Assembly (NCBI GenBank): GCA_963691765.1
Contig: OY829375.1
DNA length: 64,000 nucleotides
Strand: one strand, 5' to 3'
Source: Ekhidna sp.
GTDB taxonomy: Bacteria; Bacteroidota; Bacteroidia; Cytophagales; Cyclobacteriaceae
The first letter of the stretch is position 1. Every line of letters begins with the position of its first letter. The translations under genes and the position numbers were made by a program. Shown here in pieces: positions 18,570 to 26,749 of this stretch. The notes under the pieces are model-generated. The model searched no databases. It saw only the letters and a program-made list of their open reading frames with translations, and was not told the origin of the DNA.

Positions 18570-20291
18570 ATGGGTAAAAAACTCTTCCCTATTTGTGCGT
18601 TTGTATTAATAGCAAACTTTACGTTTGCCCAGTCTGCCCCAATCGTTATTGATGGCTTGTTTGATGACTGGACATCTAATCTTGCCACATATTCTGAATC
18701 CAGTGAATCGATTGATGGAATTGACCTGCTGGAATTCCAAGTAACTAATGATGAAGACTACCTGTTCTTAAAAATTAAGGCCAACGCAGAATTTGACTTA
18801 ACGGAAAACCACCTGATCTCGCATGAAATCGGTTTATTCATCGATGGTGATAACGATGCTGCAACAGGGTTTGCTAGCCAGGAAGGATATGGTACAGAGC
18901 TAGGGCTACTTTTTTACGACCTGTTTGCTCACTATAATGTCCCAGAATACAGCCAGGTAAGTATGAACGATTTACAAATGCAAGTTGCACCGACGGTAAC
19001 CTCTGATGAATTTGAAATTGCTATACGAAGAGATGTGATTCCTGATGGGCAATATCCTTTGTTTACCTCTTCTACCATCAAGATTTTATTCAAAAATGAC
19101 ATTAACGCAGATGCATTGCCTGTAGATGGAGAAGTATTTAGCTACACTTTTGACGATACACCTGTTACCCCGTACACTCCAATCACTCTTGAAAAAAATG
19201 AGGCTGATGATATCAGGTTCTTAGCATACAATACGCTGTTCAATGGTCTAGAGGATGAAGATCGAATCATTCATTTTGAGCGAATCATCAAAGCAATAAA
19301 CCCTGATATCATGGGATTTGTAGAAAGTGGTGTAAGCAATTTATCTAATATCAAATCCATGTTTGATAGTTGGCTGGATACAGAAGACCCCAACGGTTGG
19401 TATACCGAGATCAATGGAGGTGAGCTGATTGTATCTAGATGGCCGATTATTAAAAGATGGGACCTTGAACGTCAATTTCCTGCATTAATCGATTTACCTG
19501 ATGAATATGAAATGGACATTGTGTTTACTAATGCACACTTGAGTTGTTGCAGCAATGAAGATTCTAGGCAAAATCAAGCGGATCAGTATGCGAAGTTTGT
19601 TCTGGATCTAAAATCAGGAGGTGAAGTTCAAGAAAACACCCCCTTCGTTTATTCAGGTGATCTCAATTTGGTGGGCTTGGCACAACCATTAAACACATTG
19701 CTAGAGGGAGATATCGTCAATACATCAAGTTACGGTTCTGGAGGACCACTAGACTGGGATGATTCTGATTTAAAAGAGTTGAATGCACTGCATACGGAAG
19801 CACGTCTAAATTATACCTGGAGGTCTGATGATTCACCTTTCCCCCCAGGCAAGCTTGATTTCTTTATCTATTCTGACTACACCTTAAGTCAAACCAAATC
19901 ATTCATTCTATTGACAGAATCGATGCCAACAGAAACCTTGGCTAATTACGGACTGCAAGCAGGTGACTCTTTTGGAGCTTCTGATCACTTGCCTGTTGTT
20001 TCAGATTTTCAAATCAAACCTAATTTGAATGTATTAAGTGCTTCTCGTGCAGACGATAAGAAGCTATTGGTTTACCCGAACCCTGTAGAGGATCTATTAA
20101 ATATTAGATTTGAAAAAGAAGGAATATACCAAGTACAGATTTACTCGTCAATAGGAGCAGAAGTTGTGAATACCACCGTTAAAGGACATAAAGCTTCAAT
20201 AAATACAAATCAAATAAGCAAGGGGCATTACATTGTTAAGATTTCAAATCAGTTTGGTAAGAAAGCTTCTTTGAGTTTTGTGAAAGATTAG
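18570..20291 (+). CDS. endonuclease/exonuclease/phosphatase (EEP)-fold protein with T9SS C-terminal sorting domain
   Basis: 573 aa with a signal peptide, an EEP C-terminal motif ASDHLPV, and a last ~80 aa (LLVYPNPVEDLLNI...GHYIVKI...) typical of type A T9SS CTDs. Confidence 0.8.
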   Translation: MGKKLFPICAFVLIANFTFAQSAPIVIDGLFDDWTSNLATYSESSESIDGIDLLEFQVTNDEDYLFLKIKANAEFDLTENHLISHEIGLFIDGDNDAATGFASQEGYGTELGLLFYDLFAHYNVPEYSQVSMNDLQMQVAPTVTSDEFEIAIRRDVIPDGQYPLFTSSTIKILFKNDINADALPVDGEVFSYTFDDTPVTPYTPITLEKNEADDIRFLAYNTLFNGLEDEDRIIHFERIIKAINPDIMGFVESGVSNLSNIKSMFDSWLDTEDPNGWYTEINGGELIVSRWPIIKRWDLERQFPALIDLPDEYEMDIVFTNAHLSCCSNEDSRQNQADQYAKFVLDLKSGGEVQENTPFVYSGDLNLVGLAQPLNTLLEGDIVNTSSYGSGGPLDWDDSDLKELNALHTEARLNYTWRSDDSPFPPGKLDFFIYSDYTLSQTKSFILLTESMPTETLANYGLQAGDSFGASDHLPVVSDFQIKPNLNVLSASRADDKKLLVYPNPVEDLLNIRFEKEGIYQVQIYSSIGAEVVNTTVKGHKASINTNQISKGHYIVKISNQFGKKASLSFVKD

Positions 20292-20307
20292 CTAGAGCCT
20301 TAGCTAA

Positions 20308-20350
20308 AATAAAAAAAGCCCCTGAAAATCAATTGATTAACAGAGGCTTT
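20308..20350. terminator. bidirectional hairpin terminator (EEP gene / tRNA-Leu)
   Basis: An A-tract is followed by GCCCCTG...CAGAGGC with an internal AATCAATTGATT palindrome. On the minus strand the hairpin is followed by UUUUUUUAUUUU. Confidence 0.6.
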
Positions 20351-20352
20351 AG

Positions 20353-20437
20353 TACCTCGGATGGGACTTGAACCCATACGACCGCAATGGTCACAGGATT
20401 TTAAGTCCTGCGTGTCTACCAATTCCACCACCGAGGC
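20353..20437 (-). tRNA. tRNA-Leu (anticodon TAA)
   Basis: The reverse complement is GCCTCGGTGGTGGAATTGGTAGACACGCAGGACTTAAAATCCTGTGACCATTGCGGTCGTATGGGTTCAAGTCCCATCCGAGGTA. It has a class II long variable arm, anticodon loop CTTAAAA and a T-loop GGTTCAAGTCC. CCA is not encoded. Confidence 0.93.
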
Positions 20438-20494
20438 ATGTTCTATTTTAGATTCAATCGATTTTCGATTTTAGTGATAAATGATCCACCATTT

Positions 20495-20519
20495 AACAAA
20501 AATGGCCCCAAAGGGCCAA
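20495..20519 (-). terminator. hairpin terminator after tRNA-Gly
   Basis: On the minus strand UGGCCC-UUUG-GGGCCA is followed by UUUUUGUU. Confidence 0.5.
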
Positions 20520-20559
20520 AATTCTAAAATCATAAATCTTTTCAATCTACAATCTTTAT

Positions 20560-20634
20560 TGAGCGGGAGACGGGATTCGAACCCGCGACCCCAACCTTGG
20601 CAAGGTTGTGCTCTACCAGCTGAGCTACTCTCGC
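20560..20634 (-). tRNA. tRNA-Gly (anticodon GCC)
   Basis: The reverse complement is GCGAGAGTAGCTCAGCTGGTAGAGCACAACCTTGCCAAGGTTGGGGTCGCGGGTTCGAATCCCGTCTCCCGCTCA. The cloverleaf is canonical with anticodon loop TTGCCAA. Confidence 0.93.
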
Positions 20635-21008
20635 TTATTCTATCAAGCTGTGCTTGCTTTTCCTTTGAAAAGGACTGCAAATTTATACGAAGCATCAATA
20701 TTTACAACGATCTTGCTAAGAATTTTGAACATTATCTAACATCATACATTAGAATAGGTCTTTTTGCAAAATTCTAAGTCTACGCTAGGTTTCATAATAA
20801 CAAATCTAGAGGCGCTATTTCTACCAATTAACCTTCAATTTGGATGAACCACACATATGTTTCGAGCGATTATTTTGAGTCAAAATTGACTAGTTATTTG
20901 ACCTAGTTTAAATCTGGTAATTACCTGATTATTAGTGACTCCCAATTTCCTCACTTTTGTATTGTTCATTTAAGAAATAGTTAAAAACTACACCAAAACG
21001 ATAAGAAA

Positions 21009-21179
21009 ATGTTTAGAGAAGAAATTGAAATGACGTTAGAATGTGCAGTGAAAGTAAGAAAACACCTAGTTAGATTACTTGAGGGAAACAGCAACTCTGA
21101 ACTTGAAGCTCAGCTTCAGTATGTAAACAGCTTGATCATGGAGGCTGACTCTATGCAAAGCAAAGTTTTGGCTGCTTAA
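21009..21179 (+). CDS. small hypothetical protein (56 aa), uncertain
   Basis: An ATG-initiated ORF below the track cutoff: [56 protein letters not shown]. Its stop overlaps the mutS stop (convergent). I recognise no homology. Confidence 0.25.
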   Translation: MFREEIEMTLECAVKVRKHLVRLLEGNSNSELEAQLQYVNSLIMEADSMQSKVLAA

Positions 21180-23782
21180 GATCCTTTAAGCACTTCCTTT
21201 AATTCATTCAGCTTTAATAAAGCCTCCACCGGTGAGGTGGAATTCACATCGACTTTACGAAGTATATCCAACATGCGTTCCATACGTGGGTCTGCTTCAA
21301 ACAAATTCATTTGGAACTGCTGAGTAGGCAGTTCTTCTAATTTCTGACGATCTGAGTCAGTAAGCTTTTCTTTCTCAAGATGCTTTAATATTTCATTCGC
21401 TCGAATCACAATTTCGTTGGGCATGCCAGCCATTTGGGCTACATGAATACCGAAACTATGCTCACTTCCCCCTTCCACGAGCTTCCTCATAAATATCACC
21501 TTATTCTCCAGTTCTTTAACAGAGACGTTAAAGTTCTTTACTCGAGGTAAATCTTTTGCAAGCTCATTGAGCTCATGATAGTGTGTAGCAAAGAGTGTCT
21601 TAGCCTTAGCTTTCGGGTGATTATGCAAATGCTCCACAATTGACCAAGCAATGGAAATGCCGTCATACGTACTTGTCCCTCTTCCAATTTCATCCATCAA
21701 CACCAAGGAACGGTCACTCAGATTGTTGAGAATGCTAGCTGTCTCTGTCATTTCAACCATGAAGGTGGATTCGCCTCTGGAAAGGTTGTCTGAAGCTCCA
21801 ACCCTGGTAAATACTTTATCCACCAATCCAATCTTGGCATAACCAGCGGGCACAAATGATCCAATCTGCGCCATCAATGTAATTAAGGCGGTTTGGCGTA
21901 GAAGAGCAGATTTACCAGCCATGTTAGGACCTGTGATGATCATCACTTGCTGAGATTCATTGTCCAGGTAGAGATCATTGGCAATAAAGTCTTCTCCTTG
22001 CGCTAAGTTTCTTTCAATTACCGGATGCCTTCCTTCCTTAATGTCAATGACCTTATCTTCAGAAATATTCGGCCGACAATAGTTGTAAGATTGAGCCTGC
22101 TGGCTGAAGCATGATAGGCAGTCGATTTGAGCGATTACTTTGGCATTTTGTTGGATGGCATCGATATAAGTATGTGCAAATGCCACCAACTCCATGTAGA
22201 GTTTTTGTTCGAGAACTGAAATTTGAGACTCCGCATTAAGAATCTTTTCCTCATACTGTTTCAGCTCTTCAGTAATATATCGTTCTGCATTAACAAGCGT
22301 CTGTTTTCTAATCCATTCCTCAGGCACTTTGTCCTTATGGGCATTGGATACTTCTAAATAGTATCCAAAAACTTTATTGTATGCAATTTTAAGCGAACTA
22401 ATACCTGTTCGTTCAATCTCTCGGTCTCGAATTCCTGCTAGAAAGTCTTTTCCAGAGGTAGAAATTGCTCTCAACTCATCAAGTTCGGCATTCACACCAG
22501 TCTCAATTACCCCTCCTTGATGCAATTGAAGTGGAGCATCATCCTTGAGCTCGCTATCAAGTTTTTCAGTAAGCTTATCGCAAGGATTGAGTAAGTCAAA
22601 GAAAGCGTTGAAAGACTTTTTATCTTTTAGGAGCTCCCTAATGGGTAGAATCTGCGCAAGGCTTTTCTTCAATTGAAGGAGTTCTCTAGGATTTACTCGG
22701 CTAGTAGCGACTTTTCCAACCAGCCTCTCAAGATCTCCAATTTTCTCTAAGTGTTCTCTGATCGATGACTGCAGCTCATCTTCGTCTTTTAGCGTCTCCA
22801 CGATATCCAGTCGCTGATCAATTTCAGGCTTACTCTTCAAAGGAAGCACCATCCATTTTCTCAAGAGCCTACCCCCCATTGGAGTCAACGTCTGATTGAT
22901 CGTGTCGATTAAAGAAATACCGTCAGGTTGTGCAGATTGTATTAGCTCAAGGTTTCGAATAGTGAATCGATCTAGCCATACATATTTATTCTCATCGATT
23001 CGAGCTATCGACTTTATATGATTTGTCTCTTTGTGCTCAGTTTCATCCAAGTAATAAAGAATAGCACCTGCAGCTAAGATTCCTTCTGAAAGTTCTTCAA
23101 TCCCATAACCTTTGAGGTTAGGTACGTTGAAGTGTTTGGTCAGCTTTTCGTATCCGTAATCTTTACTAAAAATCCAATCCTCTAATGGGAAAGACGAAAA
23201 GTGTTCTCCGTATTTGGTAGCGTACCAGTCACGGTTGGGTTTTGGGTATAAAATTTCTGATGGCTGAAATCCTCGAATAAGTTTATCAATGTAGTCTTCT
23301 GTGCCAGCAGAAACCAAAAATTCACCGGTAGATAAATCCAAGAAGGCAACACCACATCTATCCTTGTCATAGTGAATAGCAGCAAGAAAGTTATTCTTTC
23401 GTTGGTCAAGGACATTATCATTCAAGGACAGACCTGGTGTAACCAATTCTGTAACTCCTCGCTTTACGATCCCCTTGACGGATTTCGGATCCTCCAGTTG
23501 ATCACAAATGGCTACTCGATAACCAGCGCGCACCAACTTTGGCAAATAGGTGTCCATGGCATGATGAGGAAACCCGGCCAACTCCATTTCCTTTTGCGAT
23601 CCATTCGCACGTTTAGTAAGTACAATATCCAGGGTCTTACTTGCCTTAACAGCATCCTCTCCAAAGGTCTCATAGAAGTCTCCAACTCTGAACAAAAGAA
23701 GTGCACTTGGGTACCTACTTTTGATCGTATTGTACTGCTTCATTAATGGGGTCTCTTTCGCTTTGGTCTTGGTGCCTGCCAT
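21176..23782 (-). CDS. mutS: DNA mismatch repair protein MutS
   Basis: The track ORF extends to 23896, but the conserved MutS N-terminus starts at the ATG at 23782 ([25 protein letters not shown]). Walker A is [15 protein letters not shown]. Confidence 0.95.
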   Translation of the reverse strand: MAGTKTKAKETPLMKQYNTIKSRYPSALLLFRVGDFYETFGEDAVKASKTLDIVLTKRANGSQKEMELAGFPHHAMDTYLPKLVRAGYRVAICDQLEDPKSVKGIVKRGVTELVTPGLSLNDNVLDQRKNNFLAAIHYDKDRCGVAFLDLSTGEFLVSAGTEDYIDKLIRGFQPSEILYPKPNRDWYATKYGEHFSSFPLEDWIFSKDYGYEKLTKHFNVPNLKGYGIEELSEGILAAGAILYYLDETEHKETNHIKSIARIDENKYVWLDRFTIRNLELIQSAQPDGISLIDTINQTLTPMGGRLLRKWMVLPLKSKPEIDQRLDIVETLKDEDELQSSIREHLEKIGDLERLVGKVATSRVNPRELLQLKKSLAQILPIRELLKDKKSFNAFFDLLNPCDKLTEKLDSELKDDAPLQLHQGGVIETGVNAELDELRAISTSGKDFLAGIRDREIERTGISSLKIAYNKVFGYYLEVSNAHKDKVPEEWIRKQTLVNAERYITEELKQYEEKILNAESQISVLEQKLYMELVAFAHTYIDAIQQNAKVIAQIDCLSCFSQQAQSYNYCRPNISEDKVIDIKEGRHPVIERNLAQGEDFIANDLYLDNESQQVMIITGPNMAGKSALLRQTALITLMAQIGSFVPAGYAKIGLVDKVFTRVGASDNLSRGESTFMVEMTETASILNNLSDRSLVLMDEIGRGTSTYDGISIAWSIVEHLHNHPKAKAKTLFATHYHELNELAKDLPRVKNFNVSVKELENKVIFMRKLVEGGSEHSFGIHVAQMAGMPNEIVIRANEILKHLEKEKLTDSDRQKLEELPTQQFQMNLFEADPRMERMLDILRKVDVNSTSPVEALLKLNELKEVLKGS

Positions 23783-23929
23783 GCAGAAGGTTAAGTTTAA
23801 TTTTGGCAAATAGATTGCAATATTAACTCGAAATGAGCATGATTGCGCAAAGTTCAAAATGGGAGAACCATTTCTTAGAAAATATGCTGTTTCCAACTAG
23901 AATTTTTATGGACCATACCTAATTGATTG

Positions 23930-24460
23930 ATGAGAAAAATTAAGAATGAAGAGCTAAATCGTCTTTCTACAGAAGAATTCAAAAATGTAGAGAAAAACCC
24001 AGTAGCATTGGTACTTGATGATGTTCGTAGTGCAATGAATGTGGGTTCCGCATTTCGAACTTCCGACGCATTTTGCATCGAAAAAATCTATTTGTGTGGC
24101 ATTACGGCACAACCGCCTCATCGTGAAATAAATAAGACTGCGCTTGGCGCTCAAGACTCAGTAGATTGGGAGCATAAAGAAACCGTTCAAAGCTGTGTGG
24201 ACGAGCTGAAAAATAAAGGATATCAAATTGTAGCAGTAGAGCAAGCAGATGAAAGTACTTCCCTGCTTGACTTTAAGCTTGAAGATGGAGCCAAGTATGC
24301 ATTGGTTTTTGGAAATGAAGTATTCGGCGTAAACGACAAAGTAGTTGAAAGCGCAGACGTTGTGCTAGAAATTCCTCAGTACGGCACCAAACACTCGCTT
24401 AATATCTCTGTGAGTATGGGGGTTGTTCTTTGGGATTTTGTATCAAAATTGAAAGGGTAG
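23930..24460 (+). CDS. SpoU/TrmH-family RNA 2'-O-methyltransferase
   Basis: The track start at 23927 is TTG and an ATG follows at 23930. SPOUT C-terminal knot motifs are VFGNEVFGV and LEIPQYGTKHSLNISVSMGVVLW. Confidence 0.85.
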   Translation: MRKIKNEELNRLSTEEFKNVEKNPVALVLDDVRSAMNVGSAFRTSDAFCIEKIYLCGITAQPPHREINKTALGAQDSVDWEHKETVQSCVDELKNKGYQIVAVEQADESTSLLDFKLEDGAKYALVFGNEVFGVNDKVVESADVVLEIPQYGTKHSLNISVSMGVVLWDFVSKLKG

Positions 24461-24462
24461 CA

Positions 24463-24915
24463 TTAACCTCCACCTCCAAATACGACTGTTGTGCTTGAGT
24501 ACGAGGTACCATAGTTGTAAACCAAGTTTCTTACTTGATTGAATGCGTCGATCATTTGATCCTTATACAACTCTCTCAATGGATGTGCATATACAGACCA
24601 AAGAATTCCATTTGATATTGCGTATTTAGCGTCCAATGCTCGATCAAAATTCGATTCCATTAAAGTTTTGAGATCCTCCTCAGACAACTTATCCTCTTCC
24701 ACAACTGGTGCCATTATTCTCATCAGATTAGCCTCCTCGTCGACAATTAGAAAAAGTTGCAGCTCACCAACACTGTATTGAATCATGTTATCCGCCTCCT
24801 TTACAATAGTAGCCTCTTTGGCTAGTATCAATTTCAAATCGTCGAAAGTGGTGTCTTGTGCTGATGAAAAAAGACAAGCGGCTGAAAAGATAAATATTGC
24901 AGTTACTCGAAGCAT
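24463..24915 (-). CDS. secreted hypothetical protein (150 aa)
   Basis: It has signal peptide MLRVTAIFIFSAACLFSSAQ and an unusual C-terminal ...VVFGGGG. A YbjN/secretion-chaperone-like fold is only a guess. Confidence 0.5.
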   Translation of the reverse strand: MLRVTAIFIFSAACLFSSAQDTTFDDLKLILAKEATIVKEADNMIQYSVGELQLFLIVDEEANLMRIMAPVVEEDKLSEEDLKTLMESNFDRALDAKYAISNGILWSVYAHPLRELYKDQMIDAFNQVRNLVYNYGTSYSSTTVVFGGGG

Positions 24916-25002
24916 ACAGTGAATTTATTGAATGACCAATCTGAAGAAGTAACGAATTAGATTAATTATTGGTCTAACGTCACGCTCATTACTTCATGCC
25001 AT

Positions 25003-25033
25003 AAAAAAAGGCTCTTCAGATTGAAGAGCCTTT
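25003..25033 (-). terminator. intrinsic terminator after ferritin
   Basis: GGCTCTTCA-GAT-TGAAGAGCC forms a 9-bp stem, followed on the minus strand by a 7-U tract. Confidence 0.75.
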
Positions 25034-25053
25034 ATATGTTCTGTGAAGGTATA

Positions 25054-25581
25054 TCAGCCTCCTTCGTATTTAATATCTAGGATTCGTTCTTCAAACATTC
25101 CGAGAGCAATTTTGTCTTCTCCCAAAACGTCGAACAACTCAAGCGCTCTTCTCGCAATGTATTCTTCCTCAATTTGCTCCTGAACAAACCATCTCATGAA
25201 TTCTTCAGTCGCGATATCGTTATATTTTCTACACTCTCCTACAATTTCATGGATAGAATCTGAAACAGCTATCTCATGCTCAAGTGCCTTTTCAAAAACC
25301 TCTCTTAAGGATCCAAAGTCATGTTGACTATCGCCAACTGAAGGTGAAATCGCATCACACTCCATATCACATAAATAATGGAATAGCTTAAGTTGATGTT
25401 TTCGCTCCTCTTCAGATTGCTGGAAGAAAAACTCTGCACTATTATCATATCCTCTCACATCACACCAAGCAGCCATTGCTAAGTATGCAGATGAAGAATG
25501 TGCCTCCATTTTAATTTGTCTGTTGAGAACATTTACAATTTCCTCTTTCAGTACATGGTGTCTTCTTAGGATATCTTTCAT
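25054..25581 (-). CDS. non-heme ferritin
   Basis: 175 aa with ferritin-like four-helix-bundle ligand blocks (MEAHSSSAYLAMAAW, EEERKHQLKLFHYL, ALEHEIAV). Confidence 0.88.
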   Translation of the reverse strand: MKDILRRHHVLKEEIVNVLNRQIKMEAHSSSAYLAMAAWCDVRGYDNSAEFFFQQSEEERKHQLKLFHYLCDMECDAISPSVGDSQHDFGSLREVFEKALEHEIAVSDSIHEIVGECRKYNDIATEEFMRWFVQEQIEEEYIARRALELFDVLGEDKIALGMFEERILDIKYEGG

Positions 25582-25630
25582 ATGCTTATGTGCTTTTTAT
25601 ACTCTTGATACATAACAACTAAATAACCAC

Positions 25631-25966
25631 TCAAAAGTTAAAAACATTCTTTCTCAGAATCTTATGAATGGCACTATTAAGTGCTAAGGTATCGAACGTA
25701 CCGTTTAGAAGCTCTCTAAATTGCAGTATCTCATGTAAACTCAATAGAAGAAAACGATCACAATGTGGTAGGTGTACTACTTCTATATCTGGAGCAGAGC
25801 TTTCCAGTAATTCAACAATATCAAATGCCATGATCTTTTTTCTGAATGTAAACAGGTCACATAGCTTGAACGCAATCTCCTCCTGATCAAAAGTCAAGTA
25901 AAAACTGTCAGTAAGCTCACATTGAGCTATTGAAGCACTTTTCGTTTTAAATATCTCTTCCTGCAT
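25631..25966 (-). CDS. hypothetical protein (111 aa), candidate paralog of 37950..38276
   Basis: ATG-initiated ORF, 49 nt upstream of ferritin on the same strand. It shares ordered blocks IAQ / TFDQEEI / HEILQFRE with the 108-aa ORF at 37950 (IAQ / SFDDREL / QEILNILE). Confidence 0.55.
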   Translation of the reverse strand: MQEEIFKTKSASIAQCELTDSFYLTFDQEEIAFKLCDLFTFRKKIMAFDIVELLESSAPDIEVVHLPHCDRFLLLSLHEILQFRELLNGTFDTLALNSAIHKILRKNVFNF

Positions 25967-26132
25967 TTTGGCACATTGCGTATAGTGTTGGACATGATTT
26001 ACAGTATTTACCCTTCTTCTTCATGTACTTAAAACAGCACTCTTTTTTCAATTTCTTACCCTTCTTTTTTTTCTTCTGAAGGTGCTCCTCATAGAGCTTT
26101 GAAACCGGAAGTTCAACAGGGATACTACTCAT
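25947..26132 (-). CDS. small Lys-rich, Cys-rich protein (61 aa)
   Basis: The ATG at 26132 (track TTG at 26135) is preceded by AAGGAG. The sequence ...KKKKKGKKLKKECCFKYMKKKGKYCKSCPTLYAMC... gives the pattern CC-x10-CxxC-x6-C. It overlaps the next ORF by 20 nt. Two palindromic operators lie directly upstream. Confidence 0.45.
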   Translation of the reverse strand: MSSIPVELPVSKLYEEHLQKKKKKGKKLKKECCFKYMKKKGKYCKSCPTLYAMCQNAGRDI

Positions 26133-26143
26133 CAATTCTCCTT

Positions 26144-26162
26144 ATTTAGATAAATTCTAAAT
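26144..26162. promoter_or_regulatory. operator S1: ATTTAGATAAATTCTAAAT (imperfect copy of the 19-bp palindrome)
   Basis: It lies 11 nt upstream of the ATG at 26132. A perfect -7 box TACGTTTG (26169-26176, minus strand) ends 6 nt before it. Confidence 0.6.
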
Positions 26163-26203
26163 AGAGTACAAACGTAGCATTCAAACGTGAAGTATGCAAG
26201 CTT

Positions 26204-26222
26204 ATTTAGAATAATTCTAAAT
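26204..26222. promoter_or_regulatory. operator S2: ATTTAGAATAATTCTAAAT (perfect palindrome)
   Basis: Perfect 9-1-9 inverted repeat, 60 bp centre-to-centre from S1. Confidence 0.6.
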
Positions 26223-26250
26223 GAATGCTAAGGGCGATAAGCATTCATTT
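26219..26250 (-). terminator. hairpin after the TBDR/CxxCH operon
   Basis: AAATGAATGCT-(10 nt)-AGCATTCATTT forms a perfect 11-bp stem about 60 nt after the stop at 26312. The U-tract is poor and it overlaps S2. Confidence 0.45.
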
Positions 26251-26311
26251 CGCTTTGCACAAAAATTCATCTCAAAATGGAAAATTTCTCCCTTTAAAAA
26301 GGAATCCAATT

Positions 26312-26749
26312 CTAAAATTCTTGATTCCAAATAGTTGAATCATTTGGGATAGTGATCTTAATGAAATTATGCTTTGTCGTGTTATGGCATAGGTTGCACG
26401 AAGCGATCATAAGCTCATAGTTGTCCAAGAAAAGAACCTCATCCTTTTTTCGAATAGCCTCTTCTACTTTTTCGATTTTAGGCATAAGCATCGCCTCAGA
26501 AAGATTACTTAGGTTGTAATCATCGTGAATAACATTTCCTTCTATCAATTGCTCTGTAACCTCCTCCAACTCGTGTGTATAAAAGTCTGCAAGCTCCCAG
26601 TTTTCGTTCTTGCCGGCCAGCCAAAGTTTATGAGAAAATCGCTGATAGTATCCCATAGTTTCTAATACCGGATATTCTTCTACTTCTTTCTTTTCTGTGT
26701 TAGGGGCACAACCAAAAGCAATAAAAGTAAGCAATACGAAATATTTCAT
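26312..26749 (-). CDS. small lipoprotein with a single CxxCH heme-c motif
   Basis: 145 aa with lipobox FIAFGC and the motif ASCNLCHNTTKH. Its ATG overlaps the TBDR stop (TGATG). It is the last gene of the operon. Confidence 0.6.
   Translation of the reverse strand: MKYFVLLTFIAFGCAPNTEKKEVEEYPVLETMGYYQRFSHKLWLAGKNENWELADFYTHELEEVTEQLIEGNVIHDDYNLSNLSEAMLMPKIEKVEEAIRKKDEVLFLDNYELMIASCNLCHNTTKHNFIKITIPNDSTIWNQEF

Noticed and set aside
20471-20777. Two track ORFs (75 aa minus, 98 aa plus) in the tRNA region
   Set aside because: Both run straight through the tRNA-Gly gene and its terminator hairpin. They are an artefact of a stop-poor stretch.
23372-23896. N-terminal extension of mutS ([10 protein letters not shown]...) and antisense ORFs inside mutS
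   Set aside because: The conserved MutS N-terminus begins at the internal ATG at 23782. The 38 extra codons cover the divergent promoter region.
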